From contig CM114271.1 in the NCBI GenBank assembly GCA_050084515.1, positions 24,242,001-24,306,000 on the forward strand: DNA of 64,000 nt. Direction: 5' to 3'. The notes beneath the pieces are model-generated. The model saw nothing but the letters and a program-made list of their open reading frames with translations, was not told where the DNA came from and did no database searches. The position numbers were made by a program, and so were the translations under genes. Below are positions 1 through 12,877 of this stretch, in pieces. The DNA is from Blasia pusilla. Its lineage: Eukaryota. Numbering within the stretch: the stretch's first letter is position 1; every line of letters starts with the position of its first letter.

Positions 1-2104
1 GATACTCCAGTCCATCAAGAGTTTTTGACTATTTTTTGATTTACTAATATTATGTCGACCTATGTGGAGATGAGTGATCCGCATGGACAATTCGTGCCAA
101 CGTGATAGAGGTGGTGATACCAACCTGATGCCCACTCGTAGTCTACATTTGCACGCGGGAGGGTCAACTTGATATTTTAGGAGGTTTTGTCGACCATATA
201 GAGGAATGATGACGGGCATGTCAATATTACCCATTTAGGTCTTATTCCTGCATTTGGCTCTTGTCATTAAGGATGTTGGGTATCGCGAACAACTTTTGTT
301 AGATGGGTGTAGCTAGGACATCGAGTGTAGAATCCTTTTGCGTATAACATGTTTGTGGGTATAGGGCGATTATTTGAGTAGGGATCTTGTGTATGAACCG
401 ACATGATTGTTTAGGTGAGTTAGGATGTGAGGCTCAAGGTGAGCCCGAGTGTCTGAGTGCGTGAGGCGAGGTTGTTGTTGATTCGTCATGGGATTATTAT
501 TAGTATAGATGAGTTGGTGATGAATGTAGGAGACTCATGATGAGTCTAAAGTGCTTGAGTTTGTTAGAAAGGTTTGTCATCACAACATTCTTCCAAGGTT
601 CATAAGAATGAGGTAGCTTGAGTAGTAGGGGAGGAATTATGCATAGTGGAGTGAGGTATAGAGCATTTTTAAATGAGGAACCATCCATGCTTCCATTTGT
701 GGCTAGATTTTCATCCCGAGACATTAATTCGAATGATAAGATCGTATACAAAGATAATGTAGTGTGGAGAGACATGGACTACATAAGCCATAGAGACATG
801 TGAGATTTCTCAAGTGCAATAGGCACCATCAACTTCCATGATTTCAGCCATGATTTTGACACATGGTGTGATTTCCGTAAGATATAAGTCTTGACGTCGT
901 TTAGGCCATTTATAGCGTAAAAGGGTTTGTTCCAATATTTGGAGGGACTTGTTATGGATGACAATTGTGAGTTTAGATCTTTACACATTGTAGAGATTAA
1001 CACATGGAGAGGATATTGGGTTCTAGGGTTTGTCTCCTCTAGTGGTTGTGAGGCAATGAGGCGTATGATGAGTTAGTAAGAGCGCTGCTACCCACACCAT
1101 CAAACCAAGGACTAGATGGAGATGATGTTACAGATGATACTGAAGTGGCAAAGACCACTAGTAGTAGAAGGCCACCTAGTTTCAATGGGACTGTGGAGTT
1201 TTTCTCAAAGTTGGGGAGGAACTACTATGATTTGCAGATCGATTAGTTGAGGATTTTTAGCGGAGATTGGGTGAGAGATTATTGGAAACATTCACTCTTA
1301 TGAAATGGCCGATCATTGCTACTCATGGAATGATAGAGGCACAAGAAATTTATTATTGGTACGAGATTTTGGATTGAGAGTTACAGAGGAGAGTTTGGGA
1401 TGTGATATTGTTGCAGACCATGAAGCCTACATTGAATGTGGTCTTTGAGTTATGACAATGGACTGAGCTACACATAAATGAGGAGGATGAGGATGAAGTT
1501 GTGATCAGAAGATTCCCATTAAGTCTGACAAATCCATAAATGCCAATAGCCTCACAAGTGCCCTACTGTGCATAAGTACCACAAGAGAGAGTTGGTGTGC
1601 CGAGACAATAGATTCGGTATCATGAGCCCAGGTCCCATGAGGCAATGCCATATAAAGACATATATTGGCCATGTTTTATCTATTGGACAAAGGGTGGATC
1701 TCACAGACACAAGGACTGTAGATAGCATGTTGGAGTGGAAAGACGGCCTCAAATTGCTCATGAGCCACCTCAAATGGCATCACCACAGTGCGATCATTAT
1801 TATAGGTATGGTTATACAAAAGATAAATGTTTTGCGCCTCAATATGAGATATGCCTAGAGGTAGTCCAAGGGCCAAGGGGAGGTAGAGTTGATGAAGGTA
1901 GAGGAGGTTTTGCTCCTTGATGATGAAGCTCCACCAAGTGCCAGAGGGGAATGGGGATGTTGTGTGGACTTGGTGTATACATATGAGTATCTTTTTATGT
2001 GTGTATAGATCTAGACATGTGTTCAAAAGACTGAGAGTGTTTGTTAGCAATGTGTGGATGTGAACAATAATATAGATTGTATAGCAATGTGTATGTGCAT
2101 AATA
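1..2104 (+). mobile_element. Degenerate, internally deleted family-A retroelement (5' UTR part, gag, 3' terminus); 5' end lies outside the window
   Basis: 1-1900 aligns by eye with A1 ~14290-16250 (e.g. ggcaccatcaacttccatgatttc vs ggcaccatcgacttagatgatttt). 1960-2104 resembles the A1 3' terminal segment and ends gtatgtgcataata, a decayed gtatgcgcacgaca. Confidence 0.75.
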
Positions 2105-2139
2105 AACGTAGATTGAAGGCCTTATCCCTAAGTGCATGG

Positions 2140-2461
2140 CATGAATTTACGTGGGGACTCCACATGAGCTGATCCCAATGGTGTCCATAAGAGCTAATCC
2201 CAAGATCAGCCTATGTGAGCCTGTGCGGGCGTGAGCGAATGGGGGCCCAACTCGCCTTGCGGGCCCGACGTGGGCCACGTGCACGCTTTATGCAAGCTAC
2301 AAAATGGGTGTAGGCTGGCCGAGGCCGGGTCTACGTGATGAGCTTCGTGCGCTTAGAGGCAGGCTCAAGTGCGGGCTGCGAGTACACGGGCCACACAGAC
2401 GTGTCTGTCCTAGGGACGGACATAAGTCTGCGGGCACGTACTTTGTCCATGCGCAACCTTG
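2140..2461 (-). mobile_element. Fragment of GC-rich hAT-type MITE relative (one TIR at 2461)
   Basis: Reverse complement starts caaggttgcgcatggacaaagt...gacttatgtccgtcc, the same end as the MITE family. The other end was not located. Confidence 0.55.
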
Positions 2462-2487
2462 TTGCCAGACCCATCTCGCATCTAGGA

Positions 2488-2783
2488 CAAGGTTGCATGT
2501 TGGAAAAGTCCGTGTCCATGGACATATCCATATCCATGGACTTATGTCCGTCCTATGGAAGGACTTTTCGTATGGGCCCCACCTTTCCCTTCTTTCTCAT
2601 TGTGCTTACTTGCCTTCGTGTTCCATACTCCCCCATTTCTTCCTCCCTCCACCTCCACTCCCTCCTCCCTCATTGCTCCTCTCATCCTTGCCTTGCCTTC
2701 CATCATGGACTAAAAGTGTGGGTCCCACCTCTTGAACCCATGTCCGTCCTAAGGAAGGAATTGTCCGTTTTTGTGCAACCATG
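2488..2783 (+). mobile_element. hAT-type MITE (~300 bp family)
   Basis: TIR CAAGGTTGCA...TGCAACCATG. Flanks atctagga/atctgggg (6/8 match, decayed 8-bp TSD). Body matches the other copies. Confidence 0.85.
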
Positions 2784-5744
2784 ATCTGGGGGGGATGCAA
2801 ACGGGAGTTGCGGGATCCGATGCGATTGGCGCAACTGCAGATATCTCTATCTTTCCACACAAAGTGAGGGGACCTCCTATGCTATGTATTTTCCTCTCAA
2901 ATTGAAAAAAAGAAATCCCTCATGAATCCCTTCCCTATAAAAACTTAGATATTTATTTCTTCCCACATAAGATAGAATCTTCCCCTAAGAAGATGTTTGA
3001 GCTAATTCCTACTCTAGTGGATGCGTGTGCCATGCACGGGCTAATGAATAGTAATGATGAGCACCATCGGTACACTCCTTTAGACATACTATGACATGAT
3101 TAACTAATTAGATGGGATATGTGTCACAATAAGAGCCACCCGAACGTCATGCGTCGAACAGGAAGATGTTTGTTGCTAAGAGACACGTCTCTAATAATAA
3201 CATTGATTGCAGAAGGTTTTGCCATGAAGAAATCCTCCATTGAGGGCTTGTTACAACATAGTGCTTAATGTACCCGTCCTCATAAACTCATACTTTAAGT
3301 TTGAATCCATGAGTGAGCTCATTAAAAAATACATAAAGACGCCAAAAAATAGAGGAGGCGATAAATATCAACTTGCGGTCAAATTTTTCTTTACATGAGG
3401 AATGAGAAACCATGTCTAAAATGTAAGGGGGAATGCCCCCTTTTTCTTTTAGGGGCGGTTGTGATCTTTGGGTACTTGACTCTTGGAGTCTCCCTCTTTT
3501 GTTTTTCGATTGGTTTTCCATCATGCATTTTTATTGAGGTACATCAATTCTCTCTAAAAACTATTTACGCCCTCCCTATTTTTAAGTGGGGTCATAAATA
3601 GAAAAAAGAAACTATAGTTCTTTGGATATGTTCTACTCAAGGACCCGATTGCTGTATAGTAGCTCTTACACTGTACGTTATAATGGACGCAGTATGCGGA
3701 GCGCGGGAGTGCCATGCACTGGACTATCATATCCCTATATTCCTGGACCACAGTCGATGCGCGGTCTGTCAGGTTTGACCGAGGTAGGATGGCAATATAT
3801 TCGATATTTAAATTCTCTTTTTAGATCTGAATATAAAAGTTCCTCTTTATTACTTTTTAAATACCAGAAACTCTTTTAAAAGAAAGTCATGAATATCGAG
3901 GGTGAAAGCGAGAAATGTTATCTCAATCCGAGGCACTAGGTTACTTTTGGGTTTAATACGGAGAATTTTTGGCCCGAAGATATGTGGTCATTGGGTGTCC
4001 CATATGGGTGGGTTTAATGCCAGTAAAATACGTAGGACTTTCTCATAAATGAAATGGAATTTCCTTCAAATTTTTAAAAAAGATAAATCTTCAAAATTTG
4101 GAACGTTCCTCTCAAGAAAACAACATATAATCCGGTGTGCGACCTTTTCCTTGAGAAGGGTAGCGGGGAGAAGAAAGTAATACGTGTAGAGGACAGGTGG
4201 ATACTCTACATGGTCGAGGAAAAAAAAGCAATGAGAATTTGTAGGGCGATAAAAATGGAAAAAAGGAAACTTTGCCCAAATCAATCATGTTGGATTAGGG
4301 ATAGTAAACTTTGGTGACTTTCCCTACAGATTTTTATGGATTATAGTCCTAGGTAATGTCAACTATTTTATGCATTTTATTTATTTTAAGGTGGAAATTT
4401 TTGCTCATGGAAATCCACTTTATTTTCCTTTTGTACTGAAATTTAACCCTACATTTTTTTCTTGCAATTAATTTTTTTCCAAAAGAGGACAAAGAAAGTC
4501 AATGGCCCAAAGCAAGAATGAGTTCGAAATTTCAAGAAAAGAATTTAAAATAATTTTACTTCCATGAATCTCTAAAAAATTATGCTATACTATACTCACT
4601 CTTTTCACTCTTTATTTATGACATATTTTATTTCCTAAAAGAAATAAAAATATTTCACAAATATTTTGAATGGAAATACCAAACAGCCTACCTCTTCCCG
4701 ATGTCACACGCTCTTATATTAAAAAGCAGGGAGGGGACATACGTGGAGCATGTCACACGACACGACTATGATTGTGTCGCATGACATTTTAACCCCCAAA
4801 GTCCGAACTCGTTTTGGGCATTTTTCAGAGGATGACGAGGGATATCACCAGCAAGGTGTTGGTTACAAGAACAACCCAGCCACCGCCGATTTCCAGCCGC
4901 GCGAACGCACCTGTTGCTACAGTAGTTACTCTTCTGTATGACATTTCCAGCGCGCCTGGAGCGGTGGACGGCGCTAGAATCGGCGGATCTAACGATATTT
5001 TTTAAATATTTTTTTAAATGATTTAAATAATGAAATGGTGCAGTTGTACCGCTGCTGCTGTAGGGAATACGACCAGGAGTCTGGAGAGCCCTAGAGAGAG
5101 TCTGGGGACAGAGAGAGTTTGACCAGAGTTAGGGAAATGGACCGTCGTTGGTTGGTCGTGCACAACTCTGTACTACTGCCTGCAGCGATCGAAGGGGATG
5201 CAGATTCCGTTCGGTGACATCTGGCTTACAGAGTACCTTAGTCGCGGTGTCATAAGCGGACTGAGCACACTACTTTTAGCGTATTTTTTACTAGCGATTA
5301 ACATAAGATCATTAACGGTCTAGCACAATTTTATTAACGGTTAAGATTTTTTTTCATGTCAAAGCAAAGTAGAAAGTATGAGAAAAATAATGGTGGGAAC
5401 CCATCGGAAATACAAAGGAGGGGATTCCAAGAATAGAGTACACAAAGTCATAATCGACCCGAAAAAAAAGGGGCATCTAATATGCGAAACTCATAATTGG
5501 TGCGGAAAAAGAAAAGGGGCCTCCCTTGCGGGCTAAAAAACATAGACAATACTCGCTATGCTTAGAGAGACATGACTACCACTAAGAGGGTCTCTAACGT
5601 CGGGGTCTCCCACAACTTTAGCCCGCCGCAAAACCCAATAGCTTGGGAACGCACCGTGATGCAATATAGGGTTAGATAATCTTAATAACGCTACTCCATA
5701 AACCACCTACGTCATATTATTATGACTCCTTCCACATCTAAGTC

Positions 5745-5928
5745 GGAACCATCAATCTTCAATGAGGAGAACCGTATGCCGATAAGATTAATCTACGGTT
5801 CTCCTCAGCAATTTTCAATGAGGAGAACCGTAGATTGATGGTTCCGTAAAATGATGAATTTTCAATGAGGAGAACCGTAGAATGATGAACCCCATCAATC
5901 TACGGTTCTCCTCAGCAATTTTCAACTC
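5745..5928. repeat. Cluster of alternating direct and inverted copies of a ~25-30 bp segment
   Basis: tgaggagaaccgta occurs at ~5763, ~5819 and ~5866. Its reverse complement tacggttctcctca occurs at ~5794 and ~5901. Confidence 0.85.
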
Positions 5929-5949
5929 AAAAAAATATGTTTTGTTCAA

Positions 5950-6900
5950 ATGAAAAGTAGGGTATTTCTTTTTTCATACCAAGGTTCTATCTCGTGGGGC
6001 TCAAAACAACTTTGTGATGGTGCTCCAATTTTCAAATGAAAAATGTAAATTTTCAAATGATTTCTCATATCAAGGCCTTAACATTCGAGCTCAAAACCAG
6101 TTTATGACTTTTTGGCTTTAGGTTATAACTCCATTTTCATCAAAAAATTTTAGGAAGAGAAAAATCACTACAATAAATTAGTGTACCAAGTTCCATTTGA
6201 AAATCATTTTCTTTTCTCAAATAAAAAATATTTAACTGATTTATCATAAGATCTAGAAGTTCTTATCACGCGAGTTCAAAATAACCTTCTTGTAAATGAG
6301 TATACCAAGTTTTAGCTCAAGATTGTAGTTTTGGTCAAAAAAATGGACATCACCTTTTTCTTTACATGATTTTATGGTGCGGGTCCCAAAAATCCCCTTT
6401 TGATTTTAGAACTTTGGGTCATAGCTCCATTTTGATTGAAAGTCTATAGGGAGGTAACATACAACACCATCAAGTAGTGTACTAAGTTTCACATCAAGAT
6501 CATATTTTGGAAAATGAAAAATGAACACCACCTCTTTTTGAACTTAGCATGTCTTATAAAACAAGTCTCAAATTAAAATAATCTTGTGATTTTTGGGTTT
6601 TGGATAGTGCCATAGAGGTACTATACACTCCCATAAAAAACTCTATCAAGTTTCAAGTCAAGATCATATTTGGGGTTAAAATGAAAACTAGACACCATCT
6701 TTTTCTTTACTAGGTCTTATGGTGCGGGTCTCAAAATGACATTGTGATTTTTGAGCCTTGCATTGAAGCCCCATTTTCCTTGAAACTTGTTGGGAAGTAC
6801 CATACACCCCTATAAAGTAGTGACTAAGTTTTGGTTCAAGATCATATTTGGGGTTAAAATGAAAATTGGACATTTGTTTTCTCATGAGTTCTTATCTCAC
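5950..6900. repeat. Degenerate AT-rich tandem repeat, period roughly 170-180 bp
   Basis: Motif (t)ac(c/t)aagttt...caagatcatattt(g)ggg...aaaatgaaaa recurs at ~6184, 6303, 6481, 6646 and 6823. ttatggtgcgggtc occurs at ~6372 and ~6717. Confidence 0.7.
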
Positions 6901-7289
6901 AGGTCAAAAGGTGATGTATGTAAATCTTGCTCTTGGCACTTGTAGGGAGGGGTATGGGTGGGGAGTGGACGGGAGGGGGGCGTTAGAGTGGAAGGGGTTT
7001 GGACTATTGTAAGGTTTGGAGCAGTGGGGGTACACAGGTGTAAGGAAGGAGGAAGATGAAAGGGTACAGGAATGGGTTGGCGGGGTGTGAGAAGTGTGCG
7101 AGAGAGTGTGTAGGTGTGCACGTTGGGTGTTCATGGATCTAAGATTGGAGCTTAGGGTGAGATGTGTGAAAATTTTCCCACATGGCCAAGTTCATCCCTA
7201 AGACAAACATAAGCGTGCAGACACAAATGTTTTTTACGTGCAACCTTATTTGAGATGGATTAAATGAGCCCGAGATAGCAAGGAGTGTT

Positions 7290-7950
7290 ACGTTATCACC
7301 CTTGGATATCATGCTGATTATGTGAAATTTTTTGGAGGAGAGTGTGAGACTCTTGGATCTTTCTAGAGGGATTAACAATGGGTTAGCTATTGTGTTGTAA
7401 GTATACCTTCACATACATAAGTACTTGTATGTGAAGCAAGATAAGAGTGAGAGGTGACTGTCACTTTGACATGTAGCTAGCTCAATCAAGGCTAAAAATT
7501 CCAAATAACTTATTAGTAGTATTATTTCAAGGTTATATTAACATATATCCTTTCCTAAGGACATCTCATTACTTAGAGTGTGGGATCTAAAGAAGATGGA
7601 TGCCATTCATTTAGTATTTGCAAGGTGGCCATGTTAGGATCAATCAAATGCTAGATGAGGGGATGCCTTGGGAGATCCCAAATGTAGGTTACTTTGGGAG
7701 ATGGTGCATATCTTGCAAGATTTTTAGGAACATAAGGCTTTTTCTCCAACATAAATTTTGGAAAAACGTATCATTTTTGGATGACTCTTGGACACAAGTG
7801 CTAATACGTGCACACTAGATTTGCGTGTGGATCAGATCGGAAATATTTTTGGATGTAGCAAGTGTGGGCTAGGAAACTTGATGCTACATGATATGTTAAG
7901 GAGGTCATATGTGAGAGTGCAATAAACTTGCCAATTATTAACGAAGTCTA
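7290..7950 (+). pseudogene. Decayed DNMT3-like methyltransferase domain of A0
   Basis: Motif I remnant LLDLSRGINNGLAIVL*..HKYLYVKQD, motif IV remnant FARWPC*, and a ttggaaaaacgta LENV-like remnant. Collinear with the A2 domain. Confidence 0.7.
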
Positions 7951-8541
7951 CTCTAGTTTCTAGGTGTTAATCATTGGAAATACAACACGATGAATGACCT
8001 TCTTTAAAAAGGTTGCATAGAAAATAGTATTATCCATCCATGGGACGGAAATTACCCACAAGACCCGTGCCCATTTTTTTCAATACCCGAGTCGCCCGCG
8101 CATCCTTGGACTAGTGGAGGTGGGAAAGGATCAAAAAAGTGTGTGTGCTATGGATCCGCACTTGGCCCGCACCAAGCCTATGTGTAGCCCGCACGAAGCT
8201 TGCCTCATGCAGGCTTGATGTAGGCCTCTACAATCGAGCTACAAAATGATTGGCACAAACGAGTGGCGGATCGTTGGATTAGGGTGTAGGTGAGCCAAGC
8301 CCAAATCTATATTATAGGCATGACGTGCCTAGATGTGGGTGGTGGGAACTCGTGCTTATTTTTTCCTAGGGATAGACATACGTCCGTAGACACAAACTTT
8401 ATTTTTGTGTAACCTTTCCCTTCAACAATGGCCAATGGGATAGGTACGTCGTAGGCAACGCTACCCATGTTGATGAGTTTCCTACCTCTCATTTGTACAA
8501 GGAAGGCAAACCATGCTTGATTTGGGTTGATCATGCACAAT

Positions 8542-8832
8542 AAAGGTTGCATATGGAAAATTTTCATGTCCACATCCATGTCTGTGGACTTACATCCGTC
8601 CTATAGAAGGACTTATCCATATAGACCCCACCTTCCCCTTCGTTCTTATTCCTACTCTTGCCCAAATGTTCCATACTTTCCCATTTCTTCCTCCCTGCAC
8701 CCCCACTTTCTTCTCCCTCATTATCCCACTGGCCCTTGCCCTACCTTCCATCATGAACTATAAGTGTGGGCCTCACATCTTGCAATCCATGTTTATCCTA
8801 GGGAAGGATTTTTTTGTTTTTTTGCAACCATG
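8542..8832 (+). mobile_element. hAT-type MITE
   Basis: (a)aaggttgca...tgcaaccatg; flanks tgcacaat/cgcataat (6/8). Confidence 0.8.
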
Positions 8833-10383
8833 CGCATAATGGTTGGTGGATCTGAACACCAATTAGTGTGAGTGTGAAATAGGATTTTATACAAGTATGA
8901 CAATTTTCCCATGAGTATCTAAGGCATCTTGAGATCACTCTTTAGAGACTCTTTAGGTAAGAAAATGATCATGAAATGCTTGAAAAGTTGACATGGATTT
9001 TAAGTCCGCATAGTTTGGCAATTTTGGATGCAATCCATACATATCATTGCTCAAGCACTTATTTTGGGAATCTATCTTCACATGAAGGAATTTTTGTACT
9101 AATGGTGGTTCTTACCGCTTGGATTTAAAGAAAATTTTGAAGAGTTTTGGATATATAAGATCTTACTAGGTTTGGATTTTGCTAAGTGTTCCATGGATAA
9201 CATCATACTCTTCAATACCATGATTAAGGAGCATGAGCAAAATTGAACAAAATTGTTTTCAAAATTTTCAATTACATAAGTACGTTGAAGATGCATTTAG
9301 AAAAGTGCAAGTTCTTCCATGATTAGATTGAATACTTTGATCACATTATCCTCCCAAGTTGACTAGTTTGGTGTTTAGCAGATGAAGGTATAGGCTATCT
9401 CAAGCATTCCAAGCAATATGGATACGAATCGAGTTTGTGCATTTATGGGATAGGTTAAATTTTATCGACCGTATATTAAGGGATTCAACACAATTGTAAA
9501 ATAATCTCAACTTTTCCACAGTTTTTTGAAGGAGGAAAAAATTTGGGAATGTCCTTTCCAACTACACATAGATTAAAGTGTATTGGGATGTTGGAGTAGT
9601 GCTTACTTGGCATGATGATGAGGATAGAGAGTTTGTATTGGCTTATAAGCTAGCCACTCAACAAATATTACATAGAAAAATTACAACTCATATGAGAGAT
9701 AAAGCTTAGTTGTAGTGTGGATCGATCATGGCATATTTAAGGTGTAACTTGTTCAACATCCCCTTTGCTCTCATTAATGGTCACCGACCACTAAATTAGT
9801 TGATGTAGAAAAGCTCCAAGGAATCTTTCCATATAGGCTCTATTATTAAAAGATTATGATTTATAGATGGTATATTGACTTAAAATACTTAACCAAAATG
9901 CGTTTGGTTTGAGTCATAACCCATGCCCCAATCAACAAGATGCAATTGGAGCTTGTCAACATGATGAGAGGTACCAGGATATAGTGCTTTGATAACATGC
10001 ATCTTCATGTTTTAGGTTTTTGGCCATAGAGGGCCATGTAGCATTGACCTCAACATCGAGATCAAATGGAGAGTCCTTCAATCTGTAGGCGGATGAGGAG
10101 GCACCATATGGCCAAGATATCCATGAGGATGGGGATGATCTTTGAGTACCTACACACTTGCAACATAGTTAGTATAAAGGATATAAAAGGGTGGGATTGG
10201 ATATTATAGCATCTATATAGATGAGGTGGGAGGGGAGTCAGAGATATGTATTCTACAAGTTTGGCAGGATGACACGGTACTAGTGGTGATTCATCCTTTG
10301 CAAAGAGCATGATTGGTTTAATATGCCCACAACTCCCAAAATAAGTTGGGGAATTGTGGAGTCAAGTGGACATATATTTTGCT

Positions 10384-10695
10384 CAAGGTTGCATGTGGAC
10401 AAAGTCCGTGTCCATGGACTTATGTCCGTCCTATGGAAGGATTTGTCCATATGGGCCCCACCTTTCCCTTCTTTCTCATTCTGCTTACTTGCCTTCGTGT
10501 TCCATACTCCCCCATTTCTTCCTCCCTCCACCTCCACTCCCTCCTCCCTTATTTCTCCTCTCACCCTTGCCTTGCCTTCCACCATGGACTAAAAGTGTGG
10601 GTCCCACCTCTTGGAATCCATGTCCGTGGACGTGTCTAGACTTGTTCGTCCATATCCGTCCTAAAGAAGGACTTGTCCATTTTTTTGCAACCATG
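10384..10695 (+). mobile_element. hAT-type MITE
   Basis: CAAGGTTGCA...TGCAACCATG with perfect 8-bp TSD ATTTTGCT. Confidence 0.92.
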
Positions 10696-10713
10696 ATTTT
10701 GCTCCATGTACAA

Positions 10714-10896
10714 TCTATATTATTATTAGAGTTCTTGGTTTGCAGACACCTCTCTATCTGACATGTGGCAACTAGGCAATAAGAAAATGTTTCCCATATT
10801 ACGGGTAGCAAGAAAAATATTTGAATTTGCATGCAGCATTATTAGTCACTTCAAACACCTTTTTATTTCCCGTGCATAGCACGGACACCTTACTAC
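10714..10896 (+). mobile_element. Short non-autonomous Helitron-like element
   Basis: 5' end A|TCTATATTATTA; subterminal hairpin CCGTGC-ATA-GCACGG; ends CTAC|T (expected CTRR|T). A related inverted end lies at ~63820-63868. Confidence 0.55.
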
Positions 10897-11424
10897 TATT
10901 GATGATGGGGCATGCATACAGACATGAATTAATTTTTCACCAAGTGCATGGTATGTGATGGAGTATAATTATCTTTAAATGCTTTGACTCCATGGTTGCA
11001 TCCATTAACAATCATAGGTTAGGCTATTAATGGAGCTTGGATTTTACAAGACCTTTAACATTCACAGAATATCACAATCGATATGTGTTAGTGATGATCA
11101 AAAAATTTGTTGAAATGAATGGAGTTGGTTTCTTTGCCAACTAAAGCAAGTGACAAAGGAGTGTATGAATTCTTAGCTAGATTGAGTGTTGAGTCAATGT
11201 GATACACCAATAGAGATGTGGATGAACTAGGGAATTGAGTTTCATACCTTGTGTGGTCAAGCACTGACTAATCACCACATGACGTCGAAAATTCATCTTG
11301 AGGTGAATGGTCTAGCAGAGCAAGTTTTCCAAATGATGAATAGTGATTTTCTTAAGTATGGCTTGTAGAGAGGTCACCTAGGAGAATAGGACATGTTATT
11401 TTCATGCTTTGGGATGGGCTATAG

Positions 11425-12162
11425 TGTCATGGTAAATGAGGTGTAGGGCGAGATAGTATCGAGGCCTTAGAGGGGTCTTGTACTTCCCTATTTTGAGAGG
11501 TCATATGTGACTTGCTCTTATGATATGACCTACAAGTGTAGATCATCCTTCCCTTTATGTGGAGTAACAACCTTGGAGAGGTTAAACCTCTCAGCCATGT
11601 ATGGCTCATCTTGGACCTATAGAGTCATGTAGTTGGTATTTGGTCTCATGAGGGGACCACATGTGTAGTCGTTAGGGAGTTAGTACTTGTGTATTACAGG
11701 CTGGTAGTGACTTGCTAGGAGGGAGGTGACTTGTGTGTATAGATCATCCATGGAGGTTCCCGGAGGGGTATACCTCAGATGAGGCTCAATTAGAGCTCAT
11801 TTTACTTAGGATATAAAGTTGAATTTAAATAGTAAGCTCTGATGAAATATGCAATCAACCATGCTTCATCTAAAAACCATATCCATAAATGAGATACACT
11901 ATGTTGTAGTAGTAGGAGAAAGTTTACAAAGGACTCCCAAAATGGTGTGATCTTCGATCTATCATAGCCCAATCTTCAAGAGAGAATCAAGGCTCAAATC
12001 ATGCCAACTTCATTGTATCATGGATCCCAACATGGGTCTGATCTAGTGGAGTTTTCCAGTCGTTCATGTGTAGAGATGTTAGGATTCATAGGTAGATGGA
12101 TCTTGGACATGTGTGTGGATGACAACTGATGTATGTTGGCAGCAATGCGTATTCGCACAAAA
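11425..12162 (+). mobile_element. Non-autonomous family-A derivative inserted in A0 integrase
   Basis: Starts TGTCATGG, ends ATTCGCACAAAA (cf. ATTCGCACGACA), 4-bp TSD ATAG. Removing it rejoins MGY-SF...FFLYG of the integrase. Confidence 0.8.
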
Positions 12163-12870
12163 ATAGCTTTGATAAGCTTACATCCTTTTCATCTTCCTTT
12201 TTTCTCTATGGGTGAATCAAGGTGATAACTCCGTTTACATATTTTCATTCATGAAGATATTGATGAGGTATTAAAGATTTACGTGTAGGTATGAACATGC
12301 ATGTTTGTACCCATATATGGAGAGTCATGCCCAGGGCGCTTGAGAACTTGGTCATTCCAAAATATCAAGACATATTGAGGTATGTCACAATTCATAGAGG
12401 CTATTGATTGAAGATCCAAAGGGTCCATTAGGAAAATAAGATCTATTTATTTGCATCATACAACATCAATGACATTGGATGTCACAATAGGGCACAAAAT
12501 TTTAAGAGTGCATGAGGTTTTTTCATCCAACGTTCTTTTATTAGAGATATGTGATGATACAGTTTGGAAGGATCATGTTCATAACTACATGCCATGTGTC
12601 ACATCTGAGTAGCCGATAGGCCGAGATCTATCGTGGATAGGGCGTAGGAGCCAACGGACTATATTGAGTGTAACTTTGTCCCACTGTGTTGGATGAGGTT
12701 GAGGATAGGTCCATTGTGTCAGGAAAGTCGTTTCTCGAAACCTTCATGTTGAGGTCTTTCACAGTCGGGTGACTTGTTGACCAGGTCACCCGCCCTTGGT
12801 AACTGTGCGCGCAGGTTACCAAGAGGAGGGCTATTTTTAGAGGAAGAGCCTTTTGGCTCTTTCCCACCCC

Positions 12871-12877
12871 TATATAA
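12871..12877 (+). promoter_or_regulatory. Candidate TATA box of A1
   Basis: CCCC-TATATAA-GAGAGG about 275 bp inside the 5' terminus. Motif match only. Confidence 0.4.

Larger units (their letters stand above)
7250..12596 (+). mobile_element. A0: old degenerate family-A copy, DNMT-RT-RNaseH-integrase portion (resumes at 43271)
   Basis: Decayed translations EESVRLLDLSRGINNGL (~7335), HLVFARWPC (~7608), an RT FLPLGFK-like segment (~9108), RNase H ~9580-9900, integrase ~10100-12596. The final WKDHVHNYMPC continues as HLPK at 43276. Confidence 0.75.

Noticed and set aside
2304-2860. Recurrent 80-150 aa ORFs (also at 10280-10832 and 56639-56971)
   Set aside because: Chance frames across copies of the non-coding MITE.
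5745-6900. CRISPR-like repeat-spacer array
   Set aside because: Repeats alternate in orientation or are long and degenerate, there are no unique equal-length spacers or cas genes, and the context is eukaryotic.
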